From an uncultured Acidobacteriota bacterium (GTDB lineage: Bacteria; Acidobacteriota; JAQAZP01): a stretch of 64,000 bases of DNA. Each line of letters starts with the position of its first letter. Position 1 is the first letter of the stretch. Under the pieces are notes generated by a model. That model did not search any database. It was not told the DNA's origin and saw only the letters and a list, made by a program, of their open reading frames with translations. Positions 1 to 8,961 of this stretch are shown here, piece by piece. The translations under genes and the position numbers were made by a program. The stretch covers positions 1,312,001-1,376,000 of the forward strand of contig CAWIIB010000009.1 of NCBI GenBank assembly GCA_963836075.1, in the 5' to 3' direction.

Positions 1-118
1 CTTCAAACGTTGGTGTACTCAATCTGTTGCTCACTCTTCTCGGGGCCGGACCCGCCGGTTCGATCGGGTGATCGGCAACGGTCGGCAGCCGGATACTGTT
101 CGTTCTTCAGGCGTAGCG

Positions 119-147
119 ACTATAGGAGGAAGACGGGGGACTGTCAA
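119..147 (-). promoter_or_regulatory. sigma70-type promoter for a gene running off the left edge of the window
   Basis: Minus strand TTGACA (147-142), 17-nt spacer, TATAGT (124-119); lies just downstream of the terminator at 175-204. Confidence 0.65.
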
Positions 148-174
148 CAGGATCGTCGGTGACGGGAAGGGAAA

Positions 175-204
175 GGGCCTCTCCCCCGGGGAGGGGAGAG
201 GCCC
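175..204 (-). terminator. Intrinsic terminator after the matrixin gene
   Basis: 12-bp perfect stem GGGCCTCTCCCC/GGGGAGAGGCCC, 8 nt after the stop codon, followed by TTTCCCTT on the minus strand. Confidence 0.75.
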
Positions 205-212
205 GTAAAAGA

Positions 213-1559
213 CTAGTTTCCAGTGGTGCTGCAGGAGTCGCTGTCCGTGCTGCCCGACGGTGAGTAGGGCGGCTGGTTGTACGGCGCTGCCGTGATGTCG
301 GTGCCGATGAGGGTGAACGTGTTCACCCCGTGCACTCCGGGCACGTCCGGCAGGTTGACCCCGAACGGCGTGTTGTAGCAGTAGCCGGGGCTCACGTTGG
401 TGGCGCCGGCCCGCCAGTTGAAATAGGTGGTGCCGCTGGCGAGGGTCACGTTGAGCTTGCCGTGGAGCCGGCGGGTGAACCAGTCGTCGTTGCAGAGCTG
501 GGGCCACAGCTGCACCGTGTAGGGCAGGGTGCCGCTTTCCGGGACACAGCCGATGATCGTGTGCATCGTGTCCCCTGACAGGGTGACGGTCAGCGTCAGG
601 TTGTAGTCGTTTTCCGCCCCGGAGGCGCCGATGACGCGGGTGTAATAGGTGCCGGCCGGGAGGCCGGTCCCCGACACCGTCTCGTTGTCGGTGGAGGTCG
701 TGGCGATATCCAACAGGGACTGGGCCGGGTTGTAGAGGTAGAGGCTCAGGTTGCCGCTGGCGTGGGTGAAGGTGATATCCACCTGGACGTTGGCTCCCTC
801 GCTGACGCTGAAGGAGAAATAGTCCTCGTCGCCGGAGCAGATCTGCAGGTTGTTGATCGTGCCGGCGCTGATTGCACTGGCCCCGGCGAACGAGTCGTTG
901 TCCTCGTAGCCGTCGTCGGTGCAGCCGCCGCAGACACCGTAGATCGCCTGGATGCCGGCGATGTCGTCGGAATGCAGGGTCCGGGCGTAGGTCTGGCCCG
1001 GGCTGCCGTAGCCATACATCGTTTTGGCCGAGTCACCGCCGCCGTAGAGGTCTGCGAGGCAGAGGTAGTGGCCGAACTCGTGGGTCGCGATGTTCCAGAT
1101 GTCGAACTGGCTGTACGTTGGGGTGCCCACGCCGTTCCAGGTGTAGCTCTGGTCATTGAACACCAGGTCGTTCTCGGTGACGTTGCCGCCTGAGGTCCAG
1201 ATGTAGGTGGCCGCGATGTAGCCGCCGCCGTCGGGCGGGGTGGTATCGAAATAGACCAGGTTGATATTGTTGTAGGTCACGCTGGTGCCTGTGGTGGTGC
1301 CGCCGTAGGTGAACTCGAAGCAGGCATTGGCGCCGTTCCAGGCGCCCGCGCCGGCCTGGATGGCGGCGATCTGTTCGGCGGCGGTGCCGGCGGCGGAGTC
1401 GACACAGTTGGGGTTGATGCGATAGTTCTCGCCCATCGGGCTGGACTGGTAATCCCAGTCATAACCGCAGAGGCCGTAACCGGCGGCGTTCTGAGCCGGG
1501 CCGGCCAGGGTCAGCAGCAGGCCGACCAGGGCGATCAGGGTAATCCGGGTGAATTTCAT
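213..1559 (-). CDS. Secreted matrixin-like (M10/metzincin) metalloprotease with PPC domain and uncharacterised C-terminal domain
   Basis: AAGGAGG RBS before ATG 1559; signal peptide; HEFGHYLCLAD zinc motif; Met-turn (KTMYGY); LHSDDIAGIQAIYG; DDGYEDND followed by PPC-like DEDYFSF...LYLY...GTYY. Confidence 0.85.
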   Translation of the reverse strand: MKFTRITLIALVGLLLTLAGPAQNAAGYGLCGYDWDYQSSPMGENYRINPNCVDSAAGTAAEQIAAIQAGAGAWNGANACFEFTYGGTTTGTSVTYNNINLVYFDTTPPDGGGYIAATYIWTSGGNVTENDLVFNDQSYTWNGVGTPTYSQFDIWNIATHEFGHYLCLADLYGGGDSAKTMYGYGSPGQTYARTLHSDDIAGIQAIYGVCGGCTDDGYEDNDSFAGASAISAGTINNLQICSGDEDYFSFSVSEGANVQVDITFTHASGNLSLYLYNPAQSLLDIATTSTDNETVSGTGLPAGTYYTRVIGASGAENDYNLTLTVTLSGDTMHTIIGCVPESGTLPYTVQLWPQLCNDDWFTRRLHGKLNVTLASGTTYFNWRAGATNVSPGYCYNTPFGVNLPDVPGVHGVNTFTLIGTDITAAPYNQPPYSPSGSTDSDSCSTTGN

Positions 1560-1637
1560 TCTCGATATCCTCCTTCTCTCATTCGCTGGGCGGAAAGGCA
1601 AATATGTGCGCACATTCATCATCGGGTGCCGATCCGT

Positions 1638-2153
1638 TTACTGCTGGGCCAGAATTTCGGTCCTGATGTTCTGGAGCAGCTCGTCGGCGGGGAGCCCGCC
1701 CTCCATGGTCAGCGTGCCGCAGTTGGGGGCGGACTGGTAGGCGATACCGTCCACCACCACATACTTGCCCTGGAACCAGCCGGCCAGCCGGTTTCCGCTG
1801 TTCTTGAGGAAGAGGATCACCGATTCACCTTCGCTGAAGCTGGGCGCCTCGGACATCCGCATGGTCTGGTCGCCCACGGTGCCGCCGGGGATGGTCACTT
1901 CCACCTCAACGCTCTTCTCGCCCTTGAGATGTTCGGTGATCAGCACGGTGGCCCGGGTGTAAATCCGGCCGTCCTCGATTGCGAAGCACTCTGTCCGCAC
2001 CACCTCGCCGGTGACGATCTGGTCGGCACGGGCGGTGAGTGTGGCCAGGTCCACGTTCTCGGTCAGCGCCGCGGCCTGATGCGTGGACACAAGCGCCAGC
2101 AGGACGAAGGTCCCGAGAAGAAAGACGGAATAGATGAGTTTTTTGCCGGTCAC
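1638..2153 (-). CDS. Secreted protein resembling the N-terminal pro-like domain found on many bacterial matrixins
   Basis: GTG start with AAGGAGG RBS; signal peptide; DLATLTARADQIVTGEV...LKG...IPGGTVG...APSFSEGESVILFL pattern. Confidence 0.75.
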   Translation of the reverse strand: MTGKKLIYSVFLLGTFVLLALVSTHQAAALTENVDLATLTARADQIVTGEVVRTECFAIEDGRIYTRATVLITEHLKGEKSVEVEVTIPGGTVGDQTMRMSEAPSFSEGESVILFLKNSGNRLAGWFQGKYVVVDGIAYQSAPNCGTLTMEGGLPADELLQNIRTEILAQQ

Positions 2154-2459
2154 AACAACCTCCTTTTAGATACGGATTTCCTCACAGCCAGTTATTGATT
2201 GATCGCAGCCTTAGCAGCGTGCAGACATACAACACAACGGGATAGATGGGTGCCCCTGCGGTTGACGGAGAAACCACCGCAACCATTGCGGTGACGGCGA
2301 ACAGCGGTTTTCCCCAACCGGGCGCCACCCGGGCGCTGTCAGTCGGACTGCAACCAGCCAACTCGGGATCGCCGGCTGCTGGAGGAGAGTGGGCCATGGT
2401 CGGAAGAACAAAGGCCCTGCAGCCGGGTTACCCTGCAACAATCAAACTTCAACAAGATA

Positions 2460-2488
2460 AATATAGGGATATTGGTCAACTATGTAAA
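2460..2488 (-). promoter_or_regulatory. sigma70-type promoter for the 2153/1559 genes, giving a ~300-nt leader
   Basis: Minus strand TTTACA, 17-nt spacer, TATATT, within an AT-rich patch. Confidence 0.5.
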
Positions 2489-2563
2489 GAGAAAAGGATA
2501 GGCTTCGGCGGGTTTATTAAAAAAAATTTATTCAACGAATGGGGATGAGACGCTGAAAACCGT

Positions 2564-3094
2564 CTATTTATCAGTGTCCAGCAGCTTCCTGAGCTCATTT
2601 TCCAGGGTCGCCACCTCGATTTCACGGCCCAGGGTCCGGACCTTGCGGCCCTCGGTGCCGCTGTACAAGGCACAGCCGAAATCCCAGGCGGAGGGGACCA
2701 CCAGGCCTTCCCAGTGGCGGAGAAAGAAGATCCCGCTGACGCCCACCGCCAACCCCTGGGGCATGTCGCTGGCCGTGAACGTCTGTCCACCGAACTCCCC
2801 GCCGAGGATGGCGAACTCGGTCAGCGTGCGTGCCGCCAGTTCACCCTTGTAGCGGTGGGTGACCCGGAGGGTGAAGACGGTGATCACGGCCTCCTTGAAC
2901 CCGGGGATGTCATCCCGCAGTTCGCAGCGCCGGCCGACGATCTCGCCGGCCACGATATCCTCCGACTTTTCCGTCATCCAGGCCAGGTCCACTTCCGGGG
3001 CGATGGAGGCCGGCGCCGGTGTCCCACCCGACAGGAAGAGGGCAAGCAGGGACAGAAACAGGGCGGCGCTGGCGGTCTGGCTGGCTCTGCTCAT
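2564..3094 (-). CDS. Secreted paralog of the 1638-2153 protein
   Basis: GAGGAG RBS before ATG 3094; signal peptide; VDLAWMTEKSEDIVAGEIV...YKG...ILGGEFGGQT...P..G.SGIFFL aligns by eye with 1638-2153. Confidence 0.75.
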   Translation of the reverse strand: MSRASQTASAALFLSLLALFLSGGTPAPASIAPEVDLAWMTEKSEDIVAGEIVGRRCELRDDIPGFKEAVITVFTLRVTHRYKGELAARTLTEFAILGGEFGGQTFTASDMPQGLAVGVSGIFFLRHWEGLVVPSAWDFGCALYSGTEGRKVRTLGREIEVATLENELRKLLDTDK

Positions 3095-3195
3095 CGTTAT
3101 CTCCTCGGTCCGGTGAACCTGGTTGGTACACCTGTCAATATAGGCCCCGTGGGCTTCTTTGTAAAGTATCGGCATAGTGTGGGTTCTTGATGAAG

Positions 3196-3372
3196 AGGTG
3201 ACAGCCACCTGTTTTCTGTCAATCAGCCATTGTTAAACACCACGAGAACAATCGGTGACAGTCACCAATTTCTCCCAGTGCTATGAGATCGTTGAAATAA
3301 TTGGTGACTGTCACTTGTCTTTCAAGGCGAATTATTCTGGTGGCAACGAGTAAAAAATAGGTGACTGTCACT
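3196..3372. repeat. Cluster of four GGTGAC(A/T)GTCACC-type palindromes forming nested inverted pairs (REP/REPIN-like)
   Basis: Copies at 3196-3210, 3254-3266, 3303-3314 and 3360-3371; 3255-3270 and 3299-3314 form a perfect 16-bp inverted repeat; outer pair matches 16/18. Confidence 0.8.
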
Positions 3373-3374
3373 GC

Positions 3375-4091
3375 TTACAGCAGGCGTTCACGGGCGTGGG
3401 TGCGCCTGAGGGCCAGGCCGAGGAGAGCGAAGGCCCCGCCCAGCACCAGCATGCGGTTGATCACCGCGATGCGGATGAATTCTTCGTAGGGCAGGTCGCG
3501 GGCCAGTTCCTGGATGTTGATGAAGGGATAGATGATCGACTCGTTCCAGCCGCCCTGGGTGAAGAAGACCAGGAAGAGGACAATGCTGGACAGCAGCGCC
3601 CCGCCGTTGGTGGAGCGGGTGACGATGGAGAAGAGAACCGTCATGTTGCCGAAAAAAAGCGCCGGGACCATGCTGTTCAACAGCACCTGGAGAAAGGGGA
3701 AGTCGGTGATGGCGACATAGGTCAGCACGGCCAGCATCAACTGGAGAACGAAGATGGCGATGTAGACGGTCAGTGCCTTGAGCAGCCAGACCCGGTAGCG
3801 CGATCGGGAGATGGCGAACATCACCTCGATGGTCCCGGTTTCACGCTCCTGGAGCACCAGTTGCATGCCCAGCAGGATGGCCAGGAAGACGCCGGGGACG
3901 GCCAGGATCATGTTCAGCACGTCCGTCGGCCCGTAGGGCTCATTGTCGCCAAAGGCGTTCATCAGCCAGATGATGACGAAGTAGACCAGTCCGCCCACCA
4001 GCAGGAACCAGTAGCGGGTGGAGAAGGTCACCTTGAGGCAGAGCCGGAAGAGCAGCAGCCACGACCCGATTCTTCCACGCATCTTTGCCAT
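3375..4091 (-). CDS. ABC-2 type transporter permease
   Basis: About six TM helices; QERETGTIEVMFAISRSRYRVWLLK matches the ABC-2 ExExGT..L...P.SR......K coupling motif; start reassigned to MAKMRG. Confidence 0.85.
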   Translation of the reverse strand: MAKMRGRIGSWLLLFRLCLKVTFSTRYWFLLVGGLVYFVIIWLMNAFGDNEPYGPTDVLNMILAVPGVFLAILLGMQLVLQERETGTIEVMFAISRSRYRVWLLKALTVYIAIFVLQLMLAVLTYVAITDFPFLQVLLNSMVPALFFGNMTVLFSIVTRSTNGGALLSSIVLFLVFFTQGGWNESIIYPFINIQELARDLPYEEFIRIAVINRMLVLGGAFALLGLALRRTHARERLL

Positions 4092-4120
4092 CGCACGTTT
4101 CTCTCTTTCTTCCCCCGTCA

Positions 4121-4194
4121 GGTCGGGCCGTGTTGCTCCTGAGCGACGTCGGAGGTCCGCCGACCGGAGCGAAGAGCAATATGGCCTGACCCCC
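4121..4194. repeat. Imperfect intergenic inverted repeat (GGGGTCAGGCC-type, REP-like)
   Basis: Arms 4121-4138 and 4174-4191 match 15/18; occupies the only gap inside the transporter operon. Confidence 0.55.
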
Positions 4195-7100
4195 TTACAC
4201 CGGCGCGGTTCCGCCGCGCAGGTAGAGATAGGCGTCCTCGAGATTCGGCTCCGCGTCTTCCGCGGCCAGGCCTTCCGGCGGGCCGTCGGCCAGGAAACGC
4301 AGCCGGATACGGTCAAAGCCCTCGCCGATGTGGTTGACCACCTTCAGCCGTTTGGACAGTTCGGGCAGTCGCTGCTCTTCAGTCACCGCCTCGAAGACCT
4401 TGCCCCGGGTGCGGTCGATCATTTCCTCGACGGTGCCGTCAAAGACCACCCGGCCCTTGTCGATCACCGCCACCCGGTTGCAGGTGCCGGAGATGTCCTC
4501 CACGATGTGGGTGGAGAAGATGACGATCCGCTCCTTGGCCAGCTCGGCCAGCAGGTTGCGGAACCGGATCCGTTCCTTGGGGTCGAGGCCGGCGGTGGGC
4601 TCGTCCACCACGATGATCCGCGGCAGGTGCAGCAGCGCGGTGGCGATCCCCACCCGCTGCTTCATCCCCCCGGAGTAGCCCTTCAGTTTCTCGTCCTTCC
4701 GTTCGAAGAGGGCCACCCGCTTCAGCACGCCGCTGACCAGTTCTTCCCGCTCCTCGCGGTCGTAGATCTCGTTGAGCAGCGCGTAGTAGTTGAGCAGTTC
4801 CCAGGCAGTGAAGTTCTCGTAGACCCCGAAGTTCTGCGGCAGGTAGCCCACCAGGCTCTGAACCGCGTCACGGTGCTCCCGGGGGTCGCGGCCGTTGATC
4901 GCCACCGTGCCCCGGCTCTGCTCGTAGATGTTGCAGATCACCCGCATCAGGGTGGTCTTGCCCGCGCCGTTGGGCCCCAGCAGACCGAACATCCCGGCGC
5001 CGATGTCCAGGGACAGCCCGCGCAGCGCCGCCACCCGCTCCTTCTCGTGACCCACCCGTGGAATGACACTGACCAGTCGCCGCCAGGTGCGGGCCAGCCG
5101 CTTGAAGATGTTGCCGCCCCGGCCCCTGGTGTTCGTTTCGCCGCTCCGCAGTTGGCGGCCACTGCTCAGGGCCATGGCCGCCAGGCCGAGGATGGCGGTG
5201 AGGGTGAGGGTGAAGCCGTAGTGCATCTGGCAGGCCACGTGGGCCTGGACCAGGGCCAGGGTTGCCAGCGCAAGGCCGAAGACCAGGTTCAGCCAGCGGG
5301 TTTTCGAGAAGGGGATCGGTACCCCGGGCGCCGGTTCCCCACCCCGCCGCAGCCGCCACAACGCGGTGATGGTGACGATGAAATCGCGGACGAAATACCA
5401 GGTCACTCCGATGAAGACAAAGAGCCAGAACCGGTTCTCGAAGTAGAGCAGGAGGTAGAAGAGCAGGGCCAGCAGGGGGATCTTCCAGATCAGGTTGACC
5501 GCCAGCCGGCGCCTCGTTTCCATGGGCATGCCGCGCTGCCGGGCGTGCTTCAGCCAGCGACCGTACTGCTTCCAGCCGCGGAGGAAGGGGCCGTCCTCAC
5601 CGTAGACTTTCTTCAGCTCCCGCACCGCGATGTCCAGTGGCTGGTCTGCACCAAAGATCTCCCGCCGCTCTTTCCCCCGGGCCAGCCAGAGGCCAAAACG
5701 GACCAGGCCCAGGCCGGCAAACCAGATCGGCAGAAGGAAGATGATCCGCCAGACCTCGGAGTCGATCCAGCCCAACTTGAAGTAGAGTGCCCAGATCACC
5801 ACGCCGGCCCCCAGGGTGCCGGCCAGCGCCCAGGGCAGGCCCAGAGTCTCGCGTATCCAGCGGCCGATGAAACGGAAGGAGAGAAAGCCCATGGGGATCA
5901 GCAGCAGGGTGCCGATGGTGGAGGTGGCCATGCCGCCGATCACCGCGATGGCGAAGGGCGGCCAGATCTCGTTCTCGCCGCCCATGCGCATGGCCAGCGG
6001 CAGCATGCCGGCGATGGTGGTGGTGGCGGTCATGACCACCGGCCGGAAGCGGGCCCGGCCCGAAGCGATGATCGCCCGTTCGGGGCGGAAACCCCGTTTG
6101 CGCACCAGGTGCCGGGCGTAATCGATGAGCAGGATGCCGTTGTTCACCACCATGCCCAGCAGCACCAGCAGGGCGAGAAAGACCAGCGGCCCGATGCCCA
6201 CCCCGGTGAGCGCCAGCAGGATCAGCACCCCGATCATCGCCATGGGGATGGTGAAGAGGATCAGCAGCGGGTGGGCGAACGACTCGAAGGAGGCGGCGAG
6301 GATCATGTAGACCAGGATCAGCGCCACGTAGAGCATGAACTTCCAGACGTTCTCCTCCTCGTCTTCCCGCTCGGCGGTGAGGGTGTAGCCCCGGGGCAGG
6401 GGGATGGAGAGCAGCAGGTCGTCCACCGCGGAGCGCAGTTCATCCAGCCGGGTCTGAGTGCCCAGGACCTCATCCTCATAGCCGTAGTAGACACGGATGC
6501 GGTGGGTGCCCTGGTGGCGTTTGAGGCTGGGCAGTCCGGCTTCCTGTTTGAAATCCATCAGCTCGGTGACCCGGACGAATGAGCCGTTGGGCGTGGGGAT
6601 GGAGAGGTCGCGCAGGTCGCGGAAGCTCCAATCACCTTCCTCGCCCAGGCGAACCTGGATCTGCATCTCGTTGTCCTGCCGGTCGCGGTAGGGGTAGGTG
6701 ACCTGGTCCCCTTCCCGGCGGGCCATCCAGAGCAGGCCCATCACCTGCTGCATGGAGAGGCCCCAGGCAGAGAGGTCCTGGTAGCGGGCCTCCAACCGCA
6801 CCTCGGGGGTGACGTCGTCCACGTCCATGCGAATGGTGCGGTCATCCACTCCTTCGATCTGTTCCAGCCGGTATTTCACCTCGTTGGCCAGGTCCACCAG
6901 CCGGGGCATCTCCTCGCCGGTGAGCACCACCGTCTCCACGGCGCGGGCCAGGCCCAGCGCCGCCGCGCCCCCCTCTTCTTCGTCGCCGCCGCCGGCGCTC
7001 TGGAACTGCGAGCGGTCGAACAGGATCGTCGCCCCGCTGACCTCCTCGGTGCGGTCCTTCAGTTTGTTGCGGATCGCACCCAGTGAATCGTCGGACGTCC

Positions 7101-8961
7101 GTTCGTCTTTCGGCAGCAGCTCCACGGTGATAAAGGCCTCGCCCTCGCGGATGGTGGAGCGGGTCATCTTGCGGTCGGGCAGGTCGAGGGTCATGGCCTC
7201 CACCTGGGCGGTGACCGCTTCGGTGGACTCCAGGTCGGCCCCCTCGGGCATCTCCAGCTTCATTTCGATCCGGCTGTCCGGCGGCTGGCTGCTGCCGTAG
7301 AGGTAGAGGATCACCGGCGTGGTGATCAGCACCGTGAGCATCAGCACGGCGAAGAACATGACCGTGGTCAGGACCTGGTGCCGGGAGCACTGTTTGAGCA
7401 GCAGGGTGTAGATCTGCAGGATGCGCTGGGGCCGTTTGCGGTCCGCGGCGGGATCGAAACCCTGGCCGGACATTGTCCGCTCCCCGCGCCGGCCCAGGCG
7501 GCTGGCCAGCATGGGGATCAGGGTCACCGCCACCAGCAGCGAGATCAGCAGGGGGAAGATGATCGCCAGGGCAAAGTCGTTGTACAGCTCGGTGAACTCG
7601 GTCTTGACCCAGAGCAGCGGGGTGAAGACCACCACCGTGGTCACCGTACCGACGATGATCGCCTTGAACACCTCGGAACTGCCGGTGACCGCCGCTACCA
7701 TCCGGCTGAGCCCCCGCTCGCGGTGCCGGGTGATGCTCTCCAGCACCACGATGGCGTTGTCCACCAAGAGACCGATGGAAAGGGTCAGGCCGATGAGGGT
7801 CAGCACGTCGATGGCCAGGCCGGCGGCGGCCATCAGGTTGAAGGTCAGCAGCAGGGAGACCGGGATGGCCAGTGAGACCACCACCACCGGGCCGGGCCGC
7901 TTGAGGAAGATCAACAGCACCAGCAGGGCCAGCAGGCCGCCGCTCAGCGCCAGCTTCTTCACCCGGTTGATGTCCTTTTCGATCAACTCCGCGGCGTCGA
8001 AGGCGGTGGTGATCCGCACCCCCGGCGCGGCCAGCTCGTCGTTGATCTCCGCGATCTCCTGGCGCAGCAGCTGGGCCACCTTGATCAGGTTCGACTGCTC
8101 GTCCTTCTGGATCAGGATGCTCACCGTGGGGTGCCCGTCCACCCGCGACATCTGGGTCTGGCGGTCCGGTGCCTGCTCCACCCGGGCCACGTCGCGGAGG
8201 AAGACCATTCCGGCCCCGGTCGTCAGCGGCAGGTCGCGGATCTCCTGCAGCGAGGTGAAGCGGCCCTCCACCATGGCGAACTGCCGGCGGCCGTCCACCT
8301 CCACCTCGCCCACGAACTCCCGCCGCTGGTGGTAGCCGTTCAGAGTGGCCAGCACCTGGGTGGGCATGATGCCGTAGGAGCGCAGGCGGTCCTCGTCGAG
8401 AGTCACCTGCACCGCCAGCTGCCGGCCGCCAAAGACCTGAACGCTGACCACCCCGTTCACCGACTCCAGCTGGGGCCGGATCTTCTCCTCGGCCAGCCGG
8501 CGGACAAAGGGCAGCCCCCCCGGGCCGGCCACGTTGAGCTGCATGACGAAGTTGGAGAAGGCCGAAGTGTCGAAGCGTTCGACGCGCAGCGTCGCCGTTT
8601 CAGGCAGCAGGCCCACAAGCCCGTTGGCCTTCTGTTCCAGCTTGAGATAGGCGTAGTTGAGGTCGGTGCCCAGCTTGTACGAGACGGTGATCATCCCGTA
8701 GTTCTGGTTGGAGACGGCCTCGATTTCCTCGATGTCCTCGAGGGTGGAGATCTCGGCCTCCAGCCGCTCGATCAGGTCCTCCTCCACCTTCTCCGGCGAG
8801 GCGCCGGGGTAGCCGGCGATGACGAACATCTTGGGGTAGATGTAGTTGGGGATCAGCTGCACCGGCAGGGTGGTGTAGCTGATCACGCCCAGCACCCCCA
8901 GGGCGATGAAGAACATCACCGTGGTCACCGGGCGCTTGATGGCGAGGGTGGGGAGGTTCAC
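4195..8961 (-). CDS. RND (AcrB-family) permease fused to extra TM segments and a C-terminal ABC ATPase domain, 1588 aa
   Basis: RND motifs KRPV, [35 protein letters not shown] Walker A [9 protein letters not shown], Q-loop YLPQ, signature YSGGMKQR, Walker B [8 protein letters not shown], H-loop STH; one uninterrupted ORF; GTGA overlap with the upstream stop. Confidence 0.92.
   Translation of the reverse strand: [1588 protein letters not shown]

Noticed and set aside
3196-3372. Possible mini CRISPR array (repeats about 50-57 bp apart)
   Set aside because: Repeats are only 13-18 bp, orientation flips midway, and no cas genes are present
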